From NCBI GenBank assembly GCA_938084645.1, contig CALKEP010000033.1:32001-96000 (forward strand): 64,000 nt of DNA, in the 5' to 3' direction. Position 1 is the first letter of the stretch, and the number at the start of each line of letters is the position of its first letter. The notes beneath the pieces were generated by a model that was not told where the DNA came from, made no database searches, and worked only from the letters and a program-made list of their open reading frames with translations. Shown piece by piece: positions 9,588 through 18,302 of the stretch. Position numbers and translations under genes: made by a program. The DNA comes from an uncultured Phycisphaerales bacterium. Lineage in GTDB: Bacteria; Planctomycetota; Phycisphaerae; Phycisphaerales; SM1A02.

Positions 9588-10108
9588 GCCAGGATCGCGG
9601 TGCTGAAAACGGACCCGAGAGGGGCGTACGGGGGCGGGTCTTCCTCTTCTGCTTCATCTTCGTGTTCGCGGCGAGCGTGGTCGGGACCTGGTTCTTCGGT
9701 CTTGACGTCGTCCGCAACGTGAAGGCCCAGGCGGCCCGGAGCGACACCGCGCTTCGAACCGTCGGATACGCGATTCTCGTGGCCACGTCCGACGCCGGGG
9801 CCTTTCCGATCGCCGCCTCCGAGATCCTCGACCTCGAACTTCCGGCCGCGATTCCAGGCCGGCTCTCCGAGCCGGCCCCGGATCCCGAGGCCGGCTGGCC
9901 TGCCACCTTCGAGGCGGCCATGGCCGGCATGGAGCCCGTTCCGCTCTCGGATGCGCTGGAGATCGTGCTCGTCAGCTGGCCGCCGGAACGCGATCTGCCG
10001 CCGGTGCTCTCGGTCGGAGGCCGCCCGAGCGGGATGACCGACGCCAGGGCCACGCTGGACGTCGTGAACGGCTGGCTCCGGAACGCCGGCGTCCGCCTTG
10101 CGAACTGA
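9584..10108 (+). CDS. Hypothetical single-pass membrane protein
   Basis: GTGA overlap with upstream stop; hydrophobic stretch [20 protein letters not shown]. Confidence 0.7.
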   Translation: MSQDRGAENGPERGVRGRVFLFCFIFVFAASVVGTWFFGLDVVRNVKAQAARSDTALRTVGYAILVATSDAGAFPIAASEILDLELPAAIPGRLSEPAPDPEAGWPATFEAAMAGMEPVPLSDALEIVLVSWPPERDLPPVLSVGGRPSGMTDARATLDVVNGWLRNAGVRLAN

Positions 10109-10204
10109 GACCCGGAGCCGTCCGCGTGACGGTGCGATGTTGGCGGGATGTCGAAATCGGCTTTGACGCTGGCCCGGGCCTCGGCGACCTGCGACACTGA
10201 CGGC

Positions 10205-11140
10205 ATGAGCAGCGACACCGACACGCAGGTCACCAGCCACGGAACCACCACCGATCAGGACACCGGGGGCGATCGCATTCGACGCATCGCGCCGGAGGTG
10301 GCGTTCAAGGACGTGATGAACGGCGACAGCCGGTGGGAGATCCCGGTTCACGACCACGGGTTCGTCGCACTGGTGGATTCGATGCCCCGGCTCGTTCCCG
10401 AAGGACAGACCGCGGACAGCGCGATCGTCCAGGCGGCGCGGGTGAGTTACGGCGCAGGCACCAAGAAGGTCAACGAGGATCGCGGACTGATCCGCTACCT
10501 CCTTCGGCACCGGCACACCACACCGCTCGAGATGATCGAGTTCAAGTTCCACATCGCGATGCCGATCTTCGTCGCCCGGCAGTGGATCCGACACCGGACG
10601 GCGAACGTGAACGAGTACTCGGCCCGGTACTCGATCATGCCGGATCGCTTCTACCGGCCCTCCATCGACAACGTCCGCAAGCAGAGCACGACCAATCGAC
10701 AGGGTGGCGATGAGCCCATCGAAGTCGGGACCGCCGAGGAGTTCCTCAAGCTGCTCGAGGACTCGGAGGCCCTGTACTCGCGGTATCTCGATCTCACCGA
10801 GCGCGGCGTCGCCCGCGAGATCGCCCGCGCGGCGCTGCCCGTGAGCGTCTTCACCGAGTGGTACTGGAAGTGCGACCTGCACAACATCCTGCACTTCCTC
10901 TCGCTCCGGATGGACAAGCACGCCCAGATCGAGATCCGAGACTACGCGACCGCGATGTACGACCTCATCAAGGGAATCGTGCCGATCACCTGCGAGGCGT
11001 TCGAGGACTATCGATTGAACGCGATGCATCTCACCTCGCTGGAGATCGAGGCCATTCGGAACGGCACCCCGCTGGACACCACCAACAAGCGGGAGATCGC
11101 CGAGTGGGAAGCGAAGCAGGCGGAACTCGGACTGGGTTGA
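10205..11140 (+). CDS. thyX: FAD-dependent thymidylate synthase
   Basis: AARVSY, HTTPLE, RQWIRHR...NEYSARY ThyX motif, AREIAR, HAQIEIR. Confidence 0.96.
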   Translation: MSSDTDTQVTSHGTTTDQDTGGDRIRRIAPEVAFKDVMNGDSRWEIPVHDHGFVALVDSMPRLVPEGQTADSAIVQAARVSYGAGTKKVNEDRGLIRYLLRHRHTTPLEMIEFKFHIAMPIFVARQWIRHRTANVNEYSARYSIMPDRFYRPSIDNVRKQSTTNRQGGDEPIEVGTAEEFLKLLEDSEALYSRYLDLTERGVAREIARAALPVSVFTEWYWKCDLHNILHFLSLRMDKHAQIEIRDYATAMYDLIKGIVPITCEAFEDYRLNAMHLTSLEIEAIRNGTPLDTTNKREIAEWEAKQAELGLG

Positions 11141-11175
11141 TTCCGCCTCGCATCGCCCCGCGTCTCCGCTCGGTG

Positions 11176-11181
11176 TACGCT
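11176..11181 (+). promoter_or_regulatory. -10-like hexamer TACGCT (leaderless-type position)
   Basis: 6 nt before ATG 11188. Confidence 0.5.
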
Positions 11182-11187
11182 TCAGGC

Positions 11188-12663
11188 ATGCCGCGAACCG
11201 AAACATCTGGTGCCGGAGTCCGTCGATTCACCTCGACGGGCGTCGGTCTCCTGCTGGCCCTGGTCGCACGGACCGATGCCGGCCTCGCCACGACCGACGT
11301 CGAGAACCCGCCGCCACCGAACATCGTCATCGTCTTCACCGACGATCAGGGCTGGGGCGACCTGTCGTGCTACGGCTCCACCGACATCCCCACGCCCAAC
11401 ATCGACCGGCTCGCGGCGGAAGGAATGCGGTTCACCGATTTCTACGTCTCGCAGCCGGTCTGCTCCGCGTCGCGGGCCTCGCTGCTGACCGGCTGCTATC
11501 CGAACCGGCTCGGCATCAGCGGAGCGCTGGCTCCGAGCGCTCGGCACGGACTCGATCCGGAGGAGACCACCATCGCGGAGGTCGTGAAGCCGCTCGGATA
11601 CGCGACCGCGTGTTTCGGCAAGTGGCACCTGGGGCATCGCGAGCCGTTCCTTCCCACCCGTCAGGGTTTCGACGAGTACCAGGGAATTCCCTATTCCAAC
11701 GACATGTGGCCCGGGCATCCCGAGAGCCCGAAGGCCTGGCCGCGGCTTCCGTGGTACGGCGCGGACGGTCCGACCGAGTTCATCGACGATCTCGACGATC
11801 AGCAGATGATCACCCGTCGTCTCACCGATCTCTCCGTGGACTTCGTGCACCGCAACGCGGACCGGCCGTTCTTCCTCTACGTGCCGCACTCGATGCCGCA
11901 CGTGCCGCTCGCGGTGGGGCCGCGGTTCCGGCAGTCGTCGATGTACGGCCCGTATGCGGATGTCATCAAGGAGATCGACTGGTCGGTGGGGGAGATCGTC
12001 AAGGCGTTGGAAGCCGAAGGCGTGCTCGACCGCACGATGGTGATCTTCGCCAGCGACAACGGCCCGTGGATCAACTACGGGGATCACGCGGGGACCACCG
12101 GGGGGCTTCGTGAAGGAAAGGGGACGACGTTCGAGGGCGGTGTCCGCGTGCCGTTCGTGGTCCGCTACCCGCCCCTCGTGCCCGCCGGCACCACCTGCGA
12201 GACGCCGTGCATGACGATCGACGTCCTGCCGACGATCGTGGAGATGACCGGCGCGGATCCCCCCGCTCGGAAGATCGACGGCCGGAGCATCCTGCCCCAG
12301 TTCCAGGGGTCGCCCGATGCGGCGGCGCCGCACGAGGCGCTCTTCTTCTGGTACCGCAAGGACGAGCTGCAGGCGATGCGGATGGGCCGTTGGAAACTCC
12401 ATTTCCCACACACCTATCGATCGATGGAGGGTCGACCGGTGGGCAACAACGGGCGACCGGCGAAGTACACGTACGGCGTGAAGATCGGACCGGCGCTCTT
12501 CGACCTCGTCGAGGATCCGGGCGAGACGCAGAACGTCGCGGATCGCCATCCGGAGATCGTGGCTCGAATGCGTGAACTCGCGGCCTCCGCCCGCACCGAA
12601 CTCGGGGATTCCCTGAGCCGGATCGAGGGGGAGGAGATTCGCGAACCGATGCGGGTCGACTGA
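11188..12663 (+). CDS. Formylglycine-dependent (S1) sulfatase, arylsulfatase A-like
   Basis: PNIVIVFTDDQG, CSASRASLLTG, GKWHLG, SDNG, EGGVRVP. Confidence 0.93.
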   Translation: MPRTETSGAGVRRFTSTGVGLLLALVARTDAGLATTDVENPPPPNIVIVFTDDQGWGDLSCYGSTDIPTPNIDRLAAEGMRFTDFYVSQPVCSASRASLLTGCYPNRLGISGALAPSARHGLDPEETTIAEVVKPLGYATACFGKWHLGHREPFLPTRQGFDEYQGIPYSNDMWPGHPESPKAWPRLPWYGADGPTEFIDDLDDQQMITRRLTDLSVDFVHRNADRPFFLYVPHSMPHVPLAVGPRFRQSSMYGPYADVIKEIDWSVGEIVKALEAEGVLDRTMVIFASDNGPWINYGDHAGTTGGLREGKGTTFEGGVRVPFVVRYPPLVPAGTTCETPCMTIDVLPTIVEMTGADPPARKIDGRSILPQFQGSPDAAAPHEALFFWYRKDELQAMRMGRWKLHFPHTYRSMEGRPVGNNGRPAKYTYGVKIGPALFDLVEDPGETQNVADRHPEIVARMRELAASARTELGDSLSRIEGEEIREPMRVD

Positions 12664-12684
12664 GTTCCGGCTCGGCGATCCGGC

Positions 12685-14259
12685 GTGGGCGAGACGATGA
12701 AGAACGACTCGACCATCCTCGTTTGTGGGGCCGGCCCCGTCGGACTGGTCGCGGCGCTCGAACTCGCCTCGCACGGACTTCGACCCCGGATCATCGACTC
12801 CAACGACGGACCGACCGATCTTTCGAAGGCGCTGGTGGTCTGGCGTCGAACCTTGAAGTCGATCGACGGACTGGTTCCGTTCGAGCGTTTCCTCCGTGGT
12901 CATGTTCCGATGCGATCGGCGCGGATCATGAGCGACGGCCGCGCGATCGCGTCGATCGATCTCGACGAGGAGCGAATCGGAGCCACCGCCTTTCCCACCG
13001 GCGTTCTCGTGCCGCAGTCGGCCACCGAACGGATCCTGATCGAGGCCCTTGCGGAACACGACGTCCGAGTCGAGCGTCGCACCCGCCTGGTCGGCCTGGT
13101 CCCGTCGGCGACCGGGGCCGCGGTCCGCATCGAAGGACCTGGTGGCATGGAGACCGTCGAGGCGGACTGGCTTCTCGCCTGCGACGGTGGCCATTCGACG
13201 ATTCGGAAGGCGCTTGATCTCCAGTTCCCCGGGGCCACGCTCGATCATCGCTGGCTGATCGCCGACGTCGCGATCGAGCAGGCTTCCGATCCATCGCAGA
13301 TCCGGATCGAACTCGATCGCGGAGGCGTGGTCGCGGTGTTTCCGGTCGGCGCCGGGCGATGGCGGGTCGTCGCGGATCTCGGGCCCTGCGACGTCGAAGC
13401 GCCGGAGCCGACCCTGGCCGACGTCCAGCGGATGCTCGACACGCGAACCACGCTCGAATGGACGGCGACCGAGGCCTACTGGCTCGGTCACTTCAAGATC
13501 AATGAGCGCCAGATCGAGCGGTATCGTCACGGTCGGGTGCTGCTTGCCGGGGACGCCGCCCACGTGCACAGCCCCGCGGGCGGGCAGGGGATGAACACGG
13601 GGATGCAGGACGCCCAGAATCTCGCGTGGAAACTCGCGGTCCACCTCCGGGACGGTGCCGGTGATTCACTGCTCGACACCTACCACGACGAACGTCATCC
13701 GGTGGGGCACCAGGTGATCCGGGATTCCGCCCGGATGCTCCGGATGACCATGCTCACCAATCGACTTGCCCGAACCGCCCGGAACTCACTCGTTCATCTG
13801 GGAATGTCGACCGCGACGGTTCGTCGTCGTTTTCGGGCGATGATTTCCGAGGACGCGATCGACTACCGAGCTCACGGACTCGCCGACGGAACCCGGGCCG
13901 GTGGCCTTCGATCCGGTGACCCGCTCCCGGAATTCGAGGTACTGGTGGGTGGTCGTCCGGCTCCGCTGCATCACTTGCTGCGCGGGTCCGCGGCCACGGT
14001 CATCGTGATCGGTCCCGCGATTCCGCCCGGATTGCCCGGATCCTTCGGGGTGAATGGACGCGGCACGACGCTCGGGGTCCGTCGTCTGGGGGCCGGTGGT
14101 GATGCGGAGGATCCCGATGGGTCCTGCACCGCGGCGCTGGGCGGCTCGGGACGGTTGATCCTCGTCCGCCCGGATGGCGTGATCGCGACGATCGTCGATA
14201 CATCGGAGGGCGTGCGGGCGTGGATGGATTCGGTGTTCGCTGATCCGGCGGCGTCCTGA
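12685..14259 (+). CDS. FAD-dependent monooxygenase (PheA/TfdB-like aromatic hydroxylase family)
   Basis: GAGPVGL, ACDGGHS, GDAAHVHSPAGGQGMNTGMQDA, C-terminal LVRPDG. Confidence 0.9.
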   Translation: MGETMKNDSTILVCGAGPVGLVAALELASHGLRPRIIDSNDGPTDLSKALVVWRRTLKSIDGLVPFERFLRGHVPMRSARIMSDGRAIASIDLDEERIGATAFPTGVLVPQSATERILIEALAEHDVRVERRTRLVGLVPSATGAAVRIEGPGGMETVEADWLLACDGGHSTIRKALDLQFPGATLDHRWLIADVAIEQASDPSQIRIELDRGGVVAVFPVGAGRWRVVADLGPCDVEAPEPTLADVQRMLDTRTTLEWTATEAYWLGHFKINERQIERYRHGRVLLAGDAAHVHSPAGGQGMNTGMQDAQNLAWKLAVHLRDGAGDSLLDTYHDERHPVGHQVIRDSARMLRMTMLTNRLARTARNSLVHLGMSTATVRRRFRAMISEDAIDYRAHGLADGTRAGGLRSGDPLPEFEVLVGGRPAPLHHLLRGSAATVIVIGPAIPPGLPGSFGVNGRGTTLGVRRLGAGGDAEDPDGSCTAALGGSGRLILVRPDGVIATIVDTSEGVRAWMDSVFADPAAS

Positions 14260-14334
14260 TCGCCGGTTCTCGAACGCTCGGGACACGCGGTCGGCTTTCG
14301 GGATTTCCGAACGGGTCCGGGGAGACCGGCGGGG

Positions 14335-14817
14335 TCAGAACCGGTCCTCGTCGGGAATCGCCACCGTTCCGAGCAGGGGGCTCGTCTCGTCGATCTGGAG
14401 CTGGACGATGACCGACGGAGTCGGCGCCTCGGTGCGAAAGAAGCCACCGGCCACCGGCGTCTCGCCCCATTGATCGAAGAAGTCGCCGAACCAGACCCGA
14501 CGAGTCTCGCCGGCGGCGAGCCGATCGATCTGGAGCATGTATCGATGATTGACCCAGACATCCACTTCCTCGAACGACTGGGGTGACGCGTTGACGATGA
14601 TCAGGTCTCCGGCATCCCGAAACACCTGGACCGTGATCATCGATCCCTGCCCGAGTTCCTCGGGGTAGGGTCGAGTCGCCCGGGACGGTTCGTACCGCCG
14701 CCCGCCGCATCCGGCGAGTCCGACCACCACCAACGCCACGAGAAGCATCGGGCCGATCTGCGTTCGACCGGTGACCGGTTCCGCCCGGCGAGGTTGGGTC
14801 CGCGTGGCTGCCTGCAT
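14335..14817 (-). CDS. Hypothetical lipoprotein
   Basis: Lipobox LLVALVVVGLAGC; TACCAT 7 nt upstream of ATG 14817. The longer ORF-track frame is antisense shadow of Dus. Confidence 0.75.
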   Translation of the reverse strand: MQAATRTQPRRAEPVTGRTQIGPMLLVALVVVGLAGCGGRRYEPSRATRPYPEELGQGSMITVQVFRDAGDLIIVNASPQSFEEVDVWVNHRYMLQIDRLAAGETRRVWFGDFFDQWGETPVAGGFFRTEAPTPSVIVQLQIDETSPLLGTVAIPDEDRF

Positions 14818-14880
14818 CGTCTGCATGGTAGCGGAGGCCGTCGATCGCATCCCGGCCTCGGGAGAACGCCGGGGAGGTGC

Positions 14881-14886
14881 TACGAT
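14881..14886 (+). promoter_or_regulatory. Extended -10-like element TGc-TACGAT (leaderless-type position)
   Basis: 6 nt before ATG 14893. Confidence 0.55.
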
Positions 14887-14892
14887 CAGGGC

Positions 14893-16083
14893 ATGAGCGT
14901 CGGCATGCGACCAGATGGAGTACCCGAACGGACGTTGTCGCGCTCGATCGCCGAGATCGCCGCGACACACGTGCTGGACCCCCGGATCCCCGGTGCGGTT
15001 CCCGGGTTTGATGCGCCGTTCTTCCAGGCCGGACTCGCAGGCTACTCCGACGGGGCGATGCGACTCATCGCCCGTCGCCACGGCTGTCCCTTCTGCGTGA
15101 CGGAGGCGCTCCTCGACCGGACCCTCGTGAACGGGGGAAAGGGCCGCCGCAAGGAGGATCCCGACCTGATCGCGGCCGAGTGCGGGATGGGCGAGATCGA
15201 GGACAACGTCGCGGCCGGGCTCGAGGATCATCCGATCGCCGGCCAGATCATGGGCTCCGATCCCGAGGAGATGGCCCTCGGCACCGAGATCATCGCGGGC
15301 ATGGGCTACGAGGTCGTCGACGTCAATCTGGCGTGTCCGGTCAAGAAGATCAAGAAGCGTTCGCGGGGGGGTCACTTTCTCGCCCATCCCGACGCGGCCA
15401 TCGAGATCCTCCGGGCGGTGCGCGAGGCGGCCGGTGACCGAGTCACCACCGTGAAGCTGCGGCGGGCCTTCGACGACACGCCCGAAATGGCGGCCAACTT
15501 CGAACGGATCTTCGATGCCGCGTACGAACTCGGGTACGCCTGGGCCACGGTTCACTGTCGAACGGTCGAGCAGCGTTACGTCGGCCCGGGCCGATGGGAG
15601 TTCCTGCAGGATCTGGTGGATCGAAATCCCGATCGGGTGATCTTCGGCTCGGGTGACGTGTGGACCGTCGAGGACATCTTCTCGATGATCGAGCTGACCG
15701 GCGTGAGTGGCGTCTCCGTCGCGCGTGGCTGCATCGGAAATCCGTGGATCTTCCATCACGCGCGTGAACTCATGGCGGGCCGGACACCGACGCCCCCTTC
15801 GATTCGCGAGCAGGGCGAGACGCTCCGGGATCATTTCCGATACGCGAGCGTCATCCACGGTGAACGGGTCGCGAGTCGGCAGATGCGGAAGTTCGGAATC
15901 AAGTTCGCGGCGATCCATCCGGAAGCAGCGGCGGTCAAGAAGGCGTTCATCGCCGCGGAATCGCTCGACGACTGGTCTGCGGTGATCGATCGCTTCTATG
16001 CAGGCGTCCGTCCCCGCTCCGAAACCGGCCTGGCACCCGAGCCGGGCGAGGACCTCCTCGCGAAGGGGCATCCGGCTCCCTGA
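14893..16083 (+). CDS. tRNA-dihydrouridine synthase (DusB-like)
   Basis: QAGLAGYSD, GQIMGSDP, VNLACP catalytic Cys, TVKLR, TVHCRT, ARGCIGNPWIF. Confidence 0.88.
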   Translation: MSVGMRPDGVPERTLSRSIAEIAATHVLDPRIPGAVPGFDAPFFQAGLAGYSDGAMRLIARRHGCPFCVTEALLDRTLVNGGKGRRKEDPDLIAAECGMGEIEDNVAAGLEDHPIAGQIMGSDPEEMALGTEIIAGMGYEVVDVNLACPVKKIKKRSRGGHFLAHPDAAIEILRAVREAAGDRVTTVKLRRAFDDTPEMAANFERIFDAAYELGYAWATVHCRTVEQRYVGPGRWEFLQDLVDRNPDRVIFGSGDVWTVEDIFSMIELTGVSGVSVARGCIGNPWIFHHARELMAGRTPTPPSIREQGETLRDHFRYASVIHGERVASRQMRKFGIKFAAIHPEAAAVKKAFIAAESLDDWSAVIDRFYAGVRPRSETGLAPEPGEDLLAKGHPAP

Positions 16084-16191
16084 GTCGGGCTCGATCCCGC
16101 ATCTCGAGGCATCGGGATGCAGTCCTCCTCTTCGCCGACGCCCCGCCACATCGTCAGGAGACATCGCCATGGGCCATGGGCCATGGGGCGT

Positions 16192-17925
16192 TCACCCCGC
16201 TTGGGAGTTCCGGGGTGAGTCGAATGCGTCGATCGACCGATGGTGCTTGAGGAGGGGCGGCGAGAAATCGATTACAGGGGATCGATCATGCCCGATACGA
16301 CGACTGCGACCACCGAACTCCTCGATGCGATCCGGATCTTTCTGGAGCAAGGCAATCTCGAGGAGGCCCGGTTTCTTCGCGAGGCGATCCGCGAGTCCGT
16401 CGCCTCGGGCGACGACTGGATCACGTCCGCGGAATCGACCCTGCTCGACACCTTCTGAACCGAGGCTCGGCCGATCCGGTGTCGACGCCCACTCGAACAC
16501 GTCCGCGTGGATCGGACGGCCGCCGTGCCGATGATCGGCTCGACGATGGATGCCCGGCGGCGAGAAGTCGACCACATGGACGACGCCCGTGGCAGGAAGA
16601 CCGTCGCCAGGCGGCATCACGCCGATCGCGAGGCGAAGCCCCGGTGGATCGAAATCGATGCGTTGAACGCTCCCGCCGACCCCGAGACCCACGAGATCGA
16701 GGACTGGAATCAAGACGCGATCCCCGATGCGGTTGATTCGTACGGCGGCATCCACGCGGCCGGTGGCGTCTCTGCGGCCGGGAATGGTGGCGGCCAGCAT
16801 GGTCGGTGAAGACGTCATCCGGGTTCCGAGGCCGGCTTCCGGGCCGATCGGAGCGGCGTATTCCCGGCGTGGTCGATCATGGACGGTGATGACGCCGCTC
16901 CTCGGGGCCCCGAGCGTTGCTCGGGGGGCCGCGACCACGATTCGGTCGCCGGGCAGGATCACGATCGAACGTCCGGCGCGATCGAGCCGCGCGGGGTCGG
17001 GTCGCAACAGCATGCCCTGTCGTCGGTGGGGCCGATCGGTCGAGAAACGCCAGGCCCCGCCGGCTCGATCCACGAGCCCGTCCTTGGGAGGTCGGTTTGG
17101 AACGTCGAATCCCGGTGCGCCCACGACGATGAGGTTGCCGACGGCGAGGGCGGTGCCGAATCGGAGTCCGGTGAGCGCGATGGGCGGTTCCAGTTCGATC
17201 GGCGGTTGAATTCGATCGTCGACGACCCGAAAGCACGCGACGCGACCACGATCGAGCACACCCTTCACGTCCGCTCTCGGTCCACCCACCACGATGAGTC
17301 CGCCTTCGATCGCGACCGCCTCGCCGAACCGGTCACCGGCGTTCGGGGTGGAGGGGGTCACCGGGCCGACCGCCTTCCAGCGGCCGTTCCGAAGTCGAAA
17401 GAGCCACGCCCCACCGCGCTCCTCGTTCATTCCCGGCGCACCCACGACGAGCAGATCGTCGGCGATGGCGAGATCGGCGCCGAATTCATCTCCGGCCCGT
17501 GACCGTGGAGATCGGAGCCGCACGGTCTCCCGGTATTCGTCTTCGACGCGTTCGTGGACCGTCACCATTCCGGCGGCGGGGGGCCCGTCTCGGCGCCCGT
17601 CGTTGCCGATGAAGACGCGGTCTCCGTCGATGGCCACCGCGACCCCGAAGCGATCCGCTGGATCGACGTCAAGGGGTGGGTGGATGGTGGTGGAGATCTC
17701 CGTGATTCGGATCACGGGAACGTCGGGCATCGCTTCCGCGCGTTCCGGGTGAGACGGCGTCGATGCGCCCTCGACGGAGGAATGGAGGTTCGACCCGCAG
17801 GTCAACGATGGATCGAGGGCATTGATCAGCGTGACGGCGATCAAGCCCACGATGGCATGGTGTCGATCCTTGCGTCCGGCCGAGCGTCGATCGGGCGGGA
17901 GCGAGATGGCGTCGGTCGCGAACAC
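16192..17925 (-). CDS. FG-GAP/integrin-like beta-propeller repeat protein (both ends uncertain)
   Basis: Repeats DRFGVAVAIDG, DEFGADLAI..VVGAP, DRFGEAVAI..VVGGP, RFGTALAV..VVGAP; later repeats decay. Confidence 0.7.
   Translation of the reverse strand: MFATDAISLPPDRRSAGRKDRHHAIVGLIAVTLINALDPSLTCGSNLHSSVEGASTPSHPERAEAMPDVPVIRITEISTTIHPPLDVDPADRFGVAVAIDGDRVFIGNDGRRDGPPAAGMVTVHERVEDEYRETVRLRSPRSRAGDEFGADLAIADDLLVVGAPGMNEERGGAWLFRLRNGRWKAVGPVTPSTPNAGDRFGEAVAIEGGLIVVGGPRADVKGVLDRGRVACFRVVDDRIQPPIELEPPIALTGLRFGTALAVGNLIVVGAPGFDVPNRPPKDGLVDRAGGAWRFSTDRPHRRQGMLLRPDPARLDRAGRSIVILPGDRIVVAAPRATLGAPRSGVITVHDRPRREYAAPIGPEAGLGTRMTSSPTMLAATIPGRRDATGRVDAAVRINRIGDRVLIPVLDLVGLGVGGSVQRIDFDPPGLRLAIGVMPPGDGLPATGVVHVVDFSPPGIHRRADHRHGGRPIHADVFEWASTPDRPSLGSEGVEQGRFRGRDPVVARGDGLADRLAKKPGLLEIALLQKDPDRIEEFGGRSRRIGHDRSPVIDFSPPLLKHHRSIDAFDSPRNSQAG
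16288..16458 (+). CDS. Small hypothetical protein (56 aa), paralog A
   Basis: AGGGG SD-like sequence, amphipathic helix pattern, ungapped similarity to 18076-18246. Confidence 0.75.
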   Translation: MPDTTTATTELLDAIRIFLEQGNLEEARFLREAIRESVASGDDWITSAESTLLDTF

Positions 17926-18075
17926 GATGCGATTCCGGGCCCCGCGGACGAGCCTAGTCGCGAGCGAGCATCGACTTCGAGGACGGGGCCTTTTTTCGTG
18001 TCACACCGTGTGTGGTTCGTCATACGGATCCGCGAAGGGACGCTTTTCGCGTCCTCTGAACGGAAGGAGACGACC

Positions 18076-18246
18076 ATGCCGGCCACCACCATCAACGTCA
18101 GTTCCTGCATCCAACTCGTGCTCGCGAATCTGGCGACGGATGACATCGAGGCGGCGAAGGTGCTTCGTGAGAAGATCCGTCACGTCGAGCAGGCGGGTGA
18201 GACCTGGCTGACCGTCGCGGAGGACGTGCTTCTCGACTCGTTCTAG
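18076..18246 (+). CDS. Small hypothetical protein (56 aa), paralog B
   Basis: AAGGAG SD before ATG 18076; ungapped similarity to 16288-16458. Confidence 0.8.
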   Translation: MPATTINVSSCIQLVLANLATDDIEAAKVLREKIRHVEQAGETWLTVAEDVLLDSF

Positions 18247-18302
18247 GTTCGGACGCCCGGTTCGAACGGGGAGGGAGACGGAAGCGCGGGCCTCCGGCAG
18301 GT

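Noticed and set aside
10205..11140. thyX, queC, sbcB and amidase as prophage cargo
   Set aside because: They are scattered among housekeeping genes with uniform codon style, and no integrase or structural genes are present.
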